Assembly: GCA_041690135.1 (NCBI GenBank)
Contig: JAWLHY010000001.1
Location: 544,001 to 608,000, forward strand
Length of the DNA: 64,000 nt
Direction: 5' to 3'
From: Armatimonadota bacterium
GTDB taxonomy: Bacteria; Armatimonadota; SYMT01
Positions 39,180 to 50,100 of the stretch are shown piece after piece. The notes under the pieces are model-generated. The model did no database searches, was not told the DNA's origin, and saw only the letters and a program-made list of their open reading frames with translations. Within the stretch, counting starts at the first letter, position 1; every line of letters begins with the position of its first letter. The translations under genes and the position numbers were made by a program.

Positions 39180-39404
39180 GTGCTCCTCTAACAAGCAGGC
39201 ATAATGAATCGCTGCTTGCGAACCCGGCCTTCACCCGCGCCTCCAACTCCAACTCCCGCGCCACCTTGCTCTCTTCGCTCCGCACCCGTTCACGGACGAG
39301 CAACTCCAGCACGCCCGCCTGGCTGATGCCGAGGTGCCGGGAGAGCCACGCCAGGTGGTCGAGAGCCTCCGCGCTCAGGCGGAAGTTGGTTGCTTCCTCC
39401 CCAT
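39157..39404 (-). pseudogene. Ribbon-helix-helix regulator, apparently frameshifted near its start
   Basis: Manual translation ATNFRLSAEALDHLAWLSRHLGISQAGVLELLVRE. The ATG at 39404 is out of frame with it. Confidence 0.5.
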
Positions 39405-39649
39405 CCGTCCCCCTGCCTGATGTAGCGCGTTTGTAGCGTCGTGCCTCTTACCTGTCATTCGTAGACTGGCCGGTTTCCTCTGCAATCAACCGCGTGCCAA
39501 GCCTGGGCCAATCTCACGCACAAGAACTCCAGGGAGTCCCTGCCGATCTGACGTGGCCGACGGGGGGGCGTGTTGGCTTGGCTCCCCTGAGGAAACCCCT
39601 CCACCTAGATGGAACGATGGCATCCGGGATGGGACCCGCTGTGAGCGGG

Positions 39650-40174
39650 CTAAAAGGACAGCCCGTTCTCGACAAACGACGAGATACGGTAGTACACGTC
39701 CTGGTCCCTTGGTATCATCCCGTCGAGGAAGAACATCACCAGGTCGTCTTCCTCGACATACCTGCTCAGGAGGTCCGAAACAGTCTCGTGGCGTCGGAAG
39801 CAGTACGTGTGAAGAGCACCTCGCACCAGGTCGGTGGCTTCGTCGCTCTCTTCCGACAGCGGCTCTGATCCACTCGGGAGTAGTTTTGCGGAGCGGAGGT
39901 GTGCGACCAGACCCTCCCAGGATTGTCCCGTCTCAGACCACCAGTCCAGGAACAGCGGGTCGTATTCGTAATCCCAGTAGCGGGATTCATAGACCGAGTG
40001 GATGTTCCGAAGCGTGACGAGCCAGAGGGCTACTTCTACGGGCGGCGTATCGGGCTGGATCACGGAACCAAGCTTCGGATCGTGCAGCGCGGCCCATGCC
40101 GTATCCCACCATGCGGTATTTCCTGGGTCGTCCACATTGCTGAACAGCTTGGTCCGCACCTGATCCCAATCCAT
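39650..40174 (-). CDS. Acidic hypothetical protein, last gene of the kinase operon
   Basis: GAGGA RBS, starts about 24 bp after the Mad8-like stop. Confidence 0.6.
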   Translation of the reverse strand: MDWDQVRTKLFSNVDDPGNTAWWDTAWAALHDPKLGSVIQPDTPPVEVALWLVTLRNIHSVYESRYWDYEYDPLFLDWWSETGQSWEGLVAHLRSAKLLPSGSEPLSEESDEATDLVRGALHTYCFRRHETVSDLLSRYVEEDDLVMFFLDGMIPRDQDVYYRISSFVENGLSF

Positions 40175-40197
40175 CGTTTCCTCGCATTCTTGAACGG

Positions 40198-43100
40198 CTA
40201 TTCTGCGATCCCCTCGGCAGTTGTGGAGAGGTAGGGATACATCTCCACCTCGGCGCAGGTTGCCATCTGGGGCGTCTGAATGAGCGCGTGGCCTACGTCC
40301 AGTCCTTCGAGCTTGGACACAGTATCCGGGATGAAGTGCGGAGCCTTGAGGTATCCCGAGACCCGCTTGGAGAGCGGGTAGTTGGTTCGGAAGATCACCT
40401 TAGTGCCTGCGTTATCCAGCACCTCGGGACGAAAGTCTTGCATGTTTTGGCTGGCGACCACGACGGCTATCCCGAACTTCCGTCCTTCCTTCATCAGCTT
40501 GGGGAGCGTTGTATCTTTCGCCAGACGGTGAGCCTCATCGAGAACGATCAATAGCCTCAGCCGATCTGTCTCACCCCAAAGGAACATGTCCTTGTAGAGC
40601 TTGCGAAGGACGAACGCCCCCGCCGCCATCTGCATCGTCTCGATCCCCACGCGGTGCAGATCGATGACAGTGGTTTGAAGTCGTGAGGGATGGAACGCCA
40701 GGGTCTCTGCTGCATCCTCGCGGAACATGTCGAACTCGAAGAGCATGCGGCAGCGGGCGACGGTATTCTTGATCCCACGACGCTCGTTCTCTAACTCCTT
40801 GAGCCGGGTGAAGACTTCCGCCATCGTTGGTGGCGTCAGGTCTGAGTCTCGATCCCCATCGCTCTCATAGCCCGCTCGCTGGTAGCAGTCACGGATCGCT
40901 TCATACACGAGGTCTCGCTGCATATCGCCGAGACCAAACACGTATTCGATGATCTCGCCGACCTGGAAAGCATTGGTCCGCCACTGGTTCGTGCCTCCGC
41001 CTTGCCCGGCACTCGCCTCGAACGGTGAGAAGGGCAGACCCTGTGATACATCCAAGACCAGGGGCTTTGCTGCCTTCGCAAAGGGGGTGTCTCCCTGACC
41101 GAACTGCCCGTGAAAGTCGAAGATCAGCGCGGGAATACCCCGTCGGGTGACTTCGGACAGCAAGCGCAGGACGGCCCAACTCTTCCCCTGTCCAGGAATG
41201 CCCAGCACAAAGAGGTGGGAACTCCCAGAGACGGAGCCGGTCCAGGAGACTTCGGCATCTGAATGGACGCTCCTTCCCAACGGAATGACCAGTTTGGAGG
41301 GGCCGTCGGTTCTCCGCTCATCCGGCTCGCGGGAGGGTTCCGCTGACTCGACCTCTACTGCCTCCTCAACCTCGGGAGCATCTTCAGCAGGTTGCGGCAT
41401 GGTCGGGGTGTCCAGTACAGCGGTGGAGACTCGCGCCTCAGTGGCAGCCCGCCCTTCACCACGCTGGTCCGCGCTGGCTTCTGCCGTTATAGGCGGCTCC
41501 TGGCTCCCTGAACCGCTCTGGCTTGGTCTGACACTGGGGCGAAAGCTGGTGTCCCGCTCCACCTCGATCCCCGTCAGCACCGTGATCATATTGTCTCGAT
41601 GCGTGAACGGTCGGCGGCTCTGTCCATCCAGATTGACTACATAGCCGAAGAAGCGAGACGCCAGGCGAGCAAAGCCCATCTCCACGCGCCTGATGTTGCT
41701 CAGCATCTCTGCGTAGTGGCTATCATTGGTGATCCGTCCATGCCGGTAGGCACGTTCCGCGTAGAATCGCAAGATAGCCGCCAACTGGCACCTGAGGATC
41801 GGCGCATCGAAACGGGCCGGGTCGGCAAAGTAGAGACTGCGGAAGGTCTGATCCGTTCGCGCCGTCTGATCGGCGATTTGGTCCAGGAGGGGCGTGGGCA
41901 CGGGGTTGTTCCCGATCCGGTACTTGACCTCCAGATAATCGATTAACAACCGCTGGCGGGTTGGACGCACCAGGAGAAGGTCGCAACGACTCCCCGACTC
42001 GGTCACCTGGGCTTGCTTGGCATCCAGGAAAAGCCGCTTGTGCGCATCCAGGGGCACCACAATGGCGTCCTGTAGCTCGCCTTTCTGCTGGAGGTAGTTC
42101 GCGACGACCGCCAGGCTGACCGTTTCCTTGGCGAACGAGTCCTGGCCGAGATCGCTCCCGACTTCATTTCCGATGAGACGCAGCGCCAGCCGCCCCGAGA
42201 TCATCTTCAAAGTTGCCAGAAGCTCCGCGCAGCTTCTCTCGTCTCGTGCGAGGCCCAGTTCGTGCATCGCACGGGCGATCACGTCTGCAACTTCCTCCTT
42301 CCACTGCGTTGTGACCACGAGACGATGCCCCAGACCATCCAGAAACTCGGGCGTGTAGTCCAGGAGATACTGCCGGGCCTGCGAGGCGAGGTGAGTGTCA
42401 GTCGGCGTGTCGTAATACTCCACCCCGAAATGCCGGTCCACCGTGAGCACCCAGTCCGACTGCTGATGCAGAGTACTCACGATCCGCCGCTCCTCAGGAC
42501 CCACCTCCAGCCGCAGCGCGGGGACCTGGTTCGTCTGCGCCTGCCCGTCTACCAGCCTCGCCGACAAGCGCAGAAACGCTTCTTGCCCCTCCACCAGCAG
42601 GTCTGAGTAGGCTCGATTCACAGGATGCCGCTCGGCGACCTGCTCACCCTCGAACACCACCTTGCGCTCCCAGATCGCCCGGCCTTCCTCACTGAAGAAC
42701 TGCGTCTGGAAGTGTGTCAGCAGCCCGAAGATCGCTGCGCTCGTGCCGGTTGCGTAGTGGGAGCCACTCGACCCCTGCGCCTCTCCGCCGTCTCGGGCCT
42801 GGCTAACCGCGATATGTGGTTTGTAGTGGTCCAGGCACAGGGTCAGATGCACGTCTCCGCCAGGAAGGCTGTCCAGGTTCGCATCGGTCAACGTGCGGCG
42901 TGAAACCTGAACGCCAGGTCGCAGGTGCGTGCCTCTTGCCCGTAGCCCGCGACGATACCATTCTTCGGTGATCGCCTCCAGACCGGGCGCGGGGGTCTGA
43001 ACGTCGCTCTCTGTGTGGGTGATGAGATCGAGGTGGAGGGAGCTTCGTCCGTCCGTCCCAAGCGTCTCGTCGTCCGCAGTGGCTTCTGCGAGGGCGTCAT

Positions 43101-45408
43101 CCAGGGCTAGTCGCAAGAACTCCCCTGATCCAGGGTTGATGGCGTTGACACGGAGCGTCTTCAGATAGGTGTGGAGGTCGAGGTAGCTCTTGATCTCGGA
43201 GCCGATATCCTTCGGCTGAAGGTCAGTGAGTGAAGGCTCGATGAGACCGAAGCCGGTCACCCGCGCTACTTCGGACAGCAGCGTGCCCGGATCGTCGGTA
43301 TTAAGCGGTACGCAGATGGCATGGAAGAAGCCGAGGTTGTCGGCGAAGATTTCTGATCGTTCCCCTGCTTCCCCCCTCACGAGAAACGCGGGCAGGTTGA
43401 GGGGCGCGAGATGTGCCAGTGCCGTCTCATTCAAACGGGCTGCTCGCGTGCGCTGCGGCAGTCCCACCAACTCGCCAGTGATCTTACTGATCCACTCCGC
43501 GTAGGCCACGTACCACAGCAGGCGCAGTGGATGGGTGGGCAGCACCACCGTGGCGTGAGGCCGACCGGGCAAGTAAGGTATCTCTAACTGGAGAGTGTCG
43601 AGGGCGAGTAGAGCCGCCGCATCCTCCCGCGAGCCACCGTTGGTGTCGGAGCGGCGAGCGCTGGTGGCTGCATCAAGCAGGTCACAGTATGCCTTGGCGT
43701 AGGCGCGGACATGGCGGCAGACGCTGGCGCTGAGATCAGCCGTTTCGATGAGGCCGCGCCCCTTCTGATCCCGTATGGCATCAAACGCTTGCTTCCGTTC
43801 CCTGGTGAACTTGCTCCAGGCGTCCGACAAACCCGCGCTGACGACCACAGGCTGTGCTTCCACACGGTCGCGGTCCAGGGTGTCTACGCCCGTCACAGTC
43901 GCTGTATAGCGCCCCCCTAGCAGCGGGTTAGCGAGAGCATCTGTCTCCAACTCCCGCAGGAAGGGGGTCGTCGCCACACGGACTACCGAGCGCTCGTTCA
44001 CCATGAACGGGTAGTACGCCAGGTCCTTCTCTTCCACGGGAAGCGGGGAGAGGTGGTACTGCGCCTCCTTACCCCGCATCGCAAGGGAAAGCACGGCGTC
44101 AGGCAAGCATCGGAACGTCGGAAGCCGACGCAGCTTGGCCTGGTCTCCATCTGTGCCTGCCGCCTCCAGGTAGAAGCTCTGGCTGATGCCTTCGATGGCT
44201 TCGCTCGTCTCGGGGTCGAGAATCTCGGTGCCATTAGTGTCTAACCCCACCACGCGAGCCTGAACCTCTCGCACGTCCAGAGTGGCGGGGTCCAGGTCAA
44301 GCGAGACCTTGGCGGACCGGGCGCTCCCGCGCACCGTCGCCTGGGGAAGGTCCACGCCTGCGGCGTCACCAGCATCGTATTTGTCGCGGTCGGGGATCAA
44401 TTCGACTCGCCACTGCGCGACATCCGTGGGTTTGCTGGGCTGTGGCTCCCAGCGCACCGTGACCTTCTGCTTAGGTCCACACTCCGCGTAAGGAACCGTC
44501 CCAGGTGCCGCCTGCTTCAGTCCGCAACTGGCTCTGACGACGCCGTTCTCATAAAACGGCACCACGTCGATCCTTTCCAGATCGGACGGCTCGACCTTCG
44601 GGAACTGCCACTGGTCAAAGGTCAGGCGGCCCTGCCAGTCCGGCTCCGTCAGGATGCGGAGCCATTCGCGATCTGACTGGAGCCGCTTCCCGATCAGGTA
44701 CTGGCTCAACTCCGTCTGGATGGTATTCGGGGCGAGCTTGAGGGATGCGACTCGCTCGGCTACGCTGGAGTGCGGGCGGGCAGGTCGTGCCAGGCGATCC
44801 ACCGATTGCCGGTTCAGGTCCAAGCGCCTGGCATAGTCGTCGTGCTCGGAGTAATCCGGGATCAGACCTACCCGCCACAACTCGGCTCCCGCCGTCTCCA
44901 GCGTCGGGTTGTCCAGGATGGCGGAGAGATAGTCGATCTCGTCCTCCACGGGCACTCGCGCCGTGCCACGCAACTGTCGGAAGACGGCGTTCACGTAGGG
45001 CTTCACGTCTCTGGGGATGTCGTTCTGAAGCTCATCCACAAGCCTACGGAGGAACTCGGGGAGGTCGAAGGGAGCGAAGGAGTTGCCGAGCGAGCTAACC
45101 GCCACATCCTGAAGATCGGCAGGCACGAACAGGCAGAGGCCGGACCGCTTGCGGTTGCGAAGCTCGATAGCCCGGTCGGAGGGGATTTGCAGGTCGTCCT
45201 GTTGATCGTGTGACAAAACATACGTCTCAGCGTTCGCACTCATCACAGACCGCAGACCCATACCCGCGCTGCGGGCTTCCTCCGCGCTCAGATGGTCCAC
45301 GCGCACGCAGTGCCCTGGGAGCTTGCCGTCGAACTCGCTCGCCAGCCGTTCGATCAATCGCTGCATCTTCCGCGAGAGTGGTGGTGCCGATCCCACGGGG
45401 CCATTCAT
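40198..45408 (-). CDS. Mad8/DndH-like giant ATPase (PD-(D/E)XK nuclease plus HerA/FtsK ATPase)
   Basis: AIELRN, PTHPLRLLW, SDWVLTVDRHFGVEYYD, RCDLLLV...LEVK, Walker A GIPGQGKS, Walker B LDEAH, KEGRKFG. Confidence 0.75.
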   Translation of the reverse strand: MNGPVGSAPPLSRKMQRLIERLASEFDGKLPGHCVRVDHLSAEEARSAGMGLRSVMSANAETYVLSHDQQDDLQIPSDRAIELRNRKRSGLCLFVPADLQDVAVSSLGNSFAPFDLPEFLRRLVDELQNDIPRDVKPYVNAVFRQLRGTARVPVEDEIDYLSAILDNPTLETAGAELWRVGLIPDYSEHDDYARRLDLNRQSVDRLARPARPHSSVAERVASLKLAPNTIQTELSQYLIGKRLQSDREWLRILTEPDWQGRLTFDQWQFPKVEPSDLERIDVVPFYENGVVRASCGLKQAAPGTVPYAECGPKQKVTVRWEPQPSKPTDVAQWRVELIPDRDKYDAGDAAGVDLPQATVRGSARSAKVSLDLDPATLDVREVQARVVGLDTNGTEILDPETSEAIEGISQSFYLEAAGTDGDQAKLRRLPTFRCLPDAVLSLAMRGKEAQYHLSPLPVEEKDLAYYPFMVNERSVVRVATTPFLRELETDALANPLLGGRYTATVTGVDTLDRDRVEAQPVVVSAGLSDAWSKFTRERKQAFDAIRDQKGRGLIETADLSASVCRHVRAYAKAYCDLLDAATSARRSDTNGGSREDAAALLALDTLQLEIPYLPGRPHATVVLPTHPLRLLWYVAYAEWISKITGELVGLPQRTRAARLNETALAHLAPLNLPAFLVRGEAGERSEIFADNLGFFHAICVPLNTDDPGTLLSEVARVTGFGLIEPSLTDLQPKDIGSEIKSYLDLHTYLKTLRVNAINPGSGEFLRLALDDALAEATADDETLGTDGRSSLHLDLITHTESDVQTPAPGLEAITEEWYRRGLRARGTHLRPGVQVSRRTLTDANLDSLPGGDVHLTLCLDHYKPHIAVSQARDGGEAQGSSGSHYATGTSAAIFGLLTHFQTQFFSEEGRAIWERKVVFEGEQVAERHPVNRAYSDLLVEGQEAFLRLSARLVDGQAQTNQVPALRLEVGPEERRIVSTLHQQSDWVLTVDRHFGVEYYDTPTDTHLASQARQYLLDYTPEFLDGLGHRLVVTTQWKEEVADVIARAMHELGLARDERSCAELLATLKMISGRLALRLIGNEVGSDLGQDSFAKETVSLAVVANYLQQKGELQDAIVVPLDAHKRLFLDAKQAQVTESGSRCDLLLVRPTRQRLLIDYLEVKYRIGNNPVPTPLLDQIADQTARTDQTFRSLYFADPARFDAPILRCQLAAILRFYAERAYRHGRITNDSHYAEMLSNIRRVEMGFARLASRFFGYVVNLDGQSRRPFTHRDNMITVLTGIEVERDTSFRPSVRPSQSGSGSQEPPITAEASADQRGEGRAATEARVSTAVLDTPTMPQPAEDAPEVEEAVEVESAEPSREPDERRTDGPSKLVIPLGRSVHSDAEVSWTGSVSGSSHLFVLGIPGQGKSWAVLRLLSEVTRRGIPALIFDFHGQFGQGDTPFAKAAKPLVLDVSQGLPFSPFEASAGQGGGTNQWRTNAFQVGEIIEYVFGLGDMQRDLVYEAIRDCYQRAGYESDGDRDSDLTPPTMAEVFTRLKELENERRGIKNTVARCRMLFEFDMFREDAAETLAFHPSRLQTTVIDLHRVGIETMQMAAGAFVLRKLYKDMFLWGETDRLRLLIVLDEAHRLAKDTTLPKLMKEGRKFGIAVVVASQNMQDFRPEVLDNAGTKVIFRTNYPLSKRVSGYLKAPHFIPDTVSKLEGLDVGHALIQTPQMATCAEVEMYPYLSTTAEGIAE

Positions 45409-45420
45409 TGTCGCATGATC

Positions 45421-47154
45421 CTATGAGTGCTGGAGGGTTGTCGATTCAGTTGCAGTGGGTCTCGCGTCCTCGGGTAGGTCGCTGTGGAAGCGCGGGAAGA
45501 TGCGCTGAGCGTTGAAGTCGTCGGACAGGTCCAGGAAGAGGCCCATCTGGCGGAGGCGCTGCTTGAGCGCGGTGAAGTTGTCCTTGGCGGCGGCGGTGGC
45601 TTCGACGCTATGATCGAAGGATGGCGGAGTGTCGATCAGGATGCCGAACCGCTCCTGGAGGAAGGTCAAGAACGCCGCCAACGTAATGCTTCGAGGTTCA
45701 GGAGCGGGTCTAGGGTCTCCGCTCTGCCGTTGCGCCTCGGGTGAGAGGACCGCTAGCTGGACGAGCGTCTCTAGCAACAGATCGCTCAGCACGTAGCGCC
45801 ACACCCGCCGCCCGCGCTCATTCCCACGCAGTATCCCGTCCGAACGGCGCAGCCCCCCCACGTCGCCGTACCACTTCAGGATGTTGCGGAGACCACTCTT
45901 ACGCTGAAGCAGGACCAGTAGCTCGCTGACTCGGGAGAGCACGTCCAGATCAGGGTGCTCCAGGATCGCCTGAACATCCAGGGGTAGGCTCGTGTCGTCG
46001 TCGCCCTCGCCACGGAAGAGCTTCTCGATCTCTCGCTCATCACTTCGGGCGTCCGCCCTGATATCTGGGTGTTCTCGCAGTCCCCAGAGCGTCGTGAGGT
46101 ATTCCCCACCCACCTTCGGGCCAATCTCGCGCTTCAGGTCCCGATTACCTTCCACGTAGCGGTTGAGCGTGCGAAGCTTGAGCACGGAGTGGAAGAAGTT
46201 CTCCATCTCCTCCAGATGCCGGTTCACGCATTCGTTCGCCAACGTGTCGCTGCGGCTACCTCGGATCTGGGTGAGATCAACGTATAGCTCCAGTGGCGTC
46301 AGTTCCTGGCTTCGGGGGTCAAACTCGGGAGGCACCTCGCCTTGGACGACCAGAGTGTTCGTCGCCTTCATCAGCCTGAGGGTGTAGATCAGGAGTTCAA
46401 AGTTCAGCAGGCAGATCAAGTAGCGGGCCAGTATCTGCGGCGGAACGCGACCTGAGTAGACAGTCAGAAATCCCGCGATATCCCAGGCAAGGCTCTGTGC
46501 CGCGAAGGCGCAGGCGGGAGGTGCAGGGGGGCGAGCCGACCGATTGCTCTCTCGTGGGGCGTCGAAGCCGTCCAGATAGTACAGTTGCAGCAGCACCTCT
46601 AGGTCGAGCGGAGTGTGCCCATCGTACCGCCCGTCTTTGCTCGCTCCCTGGCCTAGCTCTACGCCACGTGCGAACGTTCGGGTGATGAGAGCGTCGAATA
46701 TTCCCTGGACGACACCTCGATCCCGTGGGTCTCGGGTCAATAGCGTGGTGAGCAATCCGTACAGGAAGTGGTGAACCTGCCGCATCCGGCTCGTCTGCGC
46801 GGGAAAGGACGGCTTGTAGGACAGGAAGGAAAGCGGACGAATGTAGGCGATCTGCTCCGCCTTGTGAGCACGGCCCACGGTGCTCGTCTCAATAATGCTG
46901 GTCCGTACCCATTTATCCAGAAGCCGGATACCACTCTCGTCCAGGAAGCCTTTCAGCTTGGGATGACCCGCTAGCGCGGTGGTCCGACCGATGATGTCTT
47001 TCGTATCGGTGCGGGTTGCCCGATCCCTTCCGCCAGACCGGACGAGCCAGAAGAGAGCAGGCAGGAGCATCTCCACGTCAAAATCATTCATCTCGACAAC
47101 AAACAACTCGTCGAGCTTCGTCCCTGCGAGGTCACGGGGGAGCTTTACGCGCAT
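45421..47154 (-). CDS. Mad7/DndG-like protein
   Basis: Middle gene of the trio, C-terminus RYVLSDLLLE...FLQERFGILID...RLRQMGLFLDLSD. Confidence 0.65.
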   Translation of the reverse strand: MRVKLPRDLAGTKLDELFVVEMNDFDVEMLLPALFWLVRSGGRDRATRTDTKDIIGRTTALAGHPKLKGFLDESGIRLLDKWVRTSIIETSTVGRAHKAEQIAYIRPLSFLSYKPSFPAQTSRMRQVHHFLYGLLTTLLTRDPRDRGVVQGIFDALITRTFARGVELGQGASKDGRYDGHTPLDLEVLLQLYYLDGFDAPRESNRSARPPAPPACAFAAQSLAWDIAGFLTVYSGRVPPQILARYLICLLNFELLIYTLRLMKATNTLVVQGEVPPEFDPRSQELTPLELYVDLTQIRGSRSDTLANECVNRHLEEMENFFHSVLKLRTLNRYVEGNRDLKREIGPKVGGEYLTTLWGLREHPDIRADARSDEREIEKLFRGEGDDDTSLPLDVQAILEHPDLDVLSRVSELLVLLQRKSGLRNILKWYGDVGGLRRSDGILRGNERGRRVWRYVLSDLLLETLVQLAVLSPEAQRQSGDPRPAPEPRSITLAAFLTFLQERFGILIDTPPSFDHSVEATAAAKDNFTALKQRLRQMGLFLDLSDDFNAQRIFPRFHSDLPEDARPTATESTTLQHS

Positions 47155-47163
47155 CTCCGCCTC

Positions 47164-50100
47164 CTAGCCCTGCTCGACCGGCAGAAGCTCGATAAAACCG
47201 CCTACTTGCCTGACGCGGTGCAACTGACGCCCGCTCTCCATGAGGAGAAGCTCCTCGGCAGCCTGGTTCAGCAGCCGGTTCTGAAACTGCGCGAGATCGA
47301 TGACGAACGGCTGCTGTTCCTCCGCTCCAGCCTGGTAACCCTCACTGAACCGCATGAGAATCTCGTATAAGTCCAGGGAGATCAGGATGGAGGCATCGCT
47401 CTTCAGATGCAGAAGCTCTAGCGCGTTCGGCAGCACCTCGATGCTGGTCTCTCGCGGCAAGAGCACACGGCACTCGAACTCCGAGTGAGGGAACCTCTTA
47501 AAGACGGTAAGACCGACCTCCTCGTTGTGGCTCGTCCGCACGCAGAGGAACTGGCGATACATGCGGGGGTCCACAATTCCGTCTGCCCGCGAGATGGCTT
47601 CGCAGAGCGTGTCCCTTACTGCCTCCAGCGGCGTTCTGCCGCTGACTGCATCAAGAAACGCGCTGAAGTGACGATAGGGCAGCAGGTCCGGCCACTCTGG
47701 GAGGTGCTGCTCGTGGTTTAAGAGCGCGTTACCGTCTCCCTCGAAGAAGAGACGCCGTTTGTATGCGCCATACCAATCGCGGCCAAGAGCCGTGATGTTG
47801 AGCCCATTTAACGGATCGAGCGCCCGGTTGGTCAGCGGCAGCATGATCCCGTCGATCTCATGCTGGGTGTCGGCATGGCGGCGGAAGTGCAGGAAGCGAT
47901 CCAGCCTGGGAGAGGAGACTTCGGCTGGGTCACAGGCTGCGAAGTCCTTCAAGTTGTCTTCTCCCTCGTCTTCCGGGTTGAAGGCAGCCATGAAGTAGAG
48001 CCGATTGTACCAGTGGGGAGGTCGTTCGTTCTGATCGAGTTCGCGGTGGATGTCCCCGCACGTGGTGGCACCCGTCAGGAGATAGGCCAGCGCCGAACGC
48101 AAGTCGCGCATGGTGACGTGCCGCTCCCTCCGCAGGTGGATGATCTGGAGCAGCGCCCGTATCCGCCTGCGTACTTCCGCACCATGCTGGGGATCGGCTA
48201 GGGTGTCCCGATTGAACTTCATCGGACAGGTCGTCCGTGCTCGACAGGCATCACAGGCCCGCCACTCGTCGCTGAAGATGAGCTTCCCCAGCACTTGGTC
48301 GAACAGGTCGCCCGCCGCCCCCTCCGCGAGTTCGCCCCCGACCACTGCTCTCTGCTTCAAGTCAACGAGCGCTACTCGCTCGTCCACGTGCCAGTCCGGT
48401 CTTTCAAGCAGACGGTAGACTTGCTTGCCAAGCCATTTGTAGTTGGGGTTGGACAGGAGAAACTCGCGCAGCTTCCCATCGTTGATGGCAAGCAGTGCGG
48501 TGTAGGCAGGGTCGCGAGGAGCGGAGTCGCCACGGAAAGGGCGCAGGATTTCGTCCAGCAATTCATTCGCTCGCTTCCCTCGGCTCGACTCGGATGCATC
48601 GTAGTTTGCCGCGAATTCCCGCTCTTCCAGGCGGTAGCGCCAACCGTTCTGACTGTCGCAAGGAATGGCCTCCGCGCCAGCCTCCGCAAGCGCCTCACCG
48701 AGTTGCTCCAGGAACGCCGTCTTACCGTCACCTGGGTTACCACTCAGCAGCACGACCCAGTAGCGGCCCTCCAGCACCCGTGGAATGAGTTCCCGGTCTA
48801 GCTTCGTGGGCACGTAAGTGTCACAAGCGAAGTCGGTGTCCAGCCCCCGATTGTCGGCGTTACCCACGCGGCTGTTCCGGTAGAGACCCTGGATGTCCGT
48901 GACCCAAGTGTTGATGACGCGCTCTCCAGTGGCGGTCACGAACCCCTGGGCGGCTGCCGCCGTGCGCAGAGCGTCAGCGAACTCCTTGGCGGTCGTGAAG
49001 CGTGAGGACTGATCGGCGGAGATCGCTCGACGGATGACGCCCAAAACCTCACCACGAACAAGGTCGTCAGCGGGAGCCAGACTGATGATCTGGCTCTTGT
49101 CAAACCGGCCCTGGAGATCGTGGCAGAATGGTGACTTGCCTGTAAGCATCCTGAACAGCAGTACTCCCAGGGCGTAGGTGTCACAGGTGGAGTTCCACGG
49201 GTCACCCCGATCAAGCTCGGGGGCACGGTAGGCGACCGTCCCGACGGCGGTCCTCCCGACCTCCGCAATGGGCGCAGCGAAGCCGAAGTCAATCAGTTTT
49301 GGACCCGAGTCAGTGATGATGATATTCCGTGCGGAAAGATCGCGATGAGCAAAGGCGTGCGCCTCCAGCGTGTCTAGGGCCTCCAGCACGTCATGGGCGA
49401 AGCTGAGCACGCGGTCGAGAGGCCAGGGAAACTCGCTGCTGAGATCATCGACCGAGGAGCCGTGGACGTACTCCAGCTTGAGATGGAACGGATCCTCAGG
49501 CCTTCGGACATCGAAGACGCGCATGATGCAGCGATGGGACGGCAATCGCTGGAGCGCGTTGAACTCGTTGCCTGCGAGGCGGTGTGCCTGGAGGGGATCA
49601 CGAATCTGTTTCAAGACGAAGGTGCCGCCATACAGGTAGTCACGCACCAGATAGGTATTTGCGGTCCCGCCCGTGCCCAGGACCCGCTCGACCTCATACT
49701 GTTCGGCGATACGATCACCCCGCTGATACAATCCCCCGAAGGGTCTTTGGCCTGGGGTGCCTTCCACGACCGGCTGCCTGACCTCGCTGGATGCCTCGCT
49801 CGCAGCAGCATCGGCGCGGGCGAGCCGGGCGGCGAATAGCTCCCGCAGAAACTTCCTGGCTTCCTCGGCGCTTTGCCATCGGTTACGGTCATCGGCGACA
49901 ACCATCGACCTGAGCACATCCCGCAGGTTGTCGATCTCGTCGGGGAGCAGCCCCGAGTCGTCCAGGCGGAGGGCCGGAATGTTGATGTTGCCGTCGGTAT
50001 CTCGCATCTCCTGGGCGCTCATACCTGTGAATAGCTCAGCCAGGATCAGACCTGCCGCAAAGATGTCCGAGGCGGCGGACGCGAAGGACATGCTGACTGC

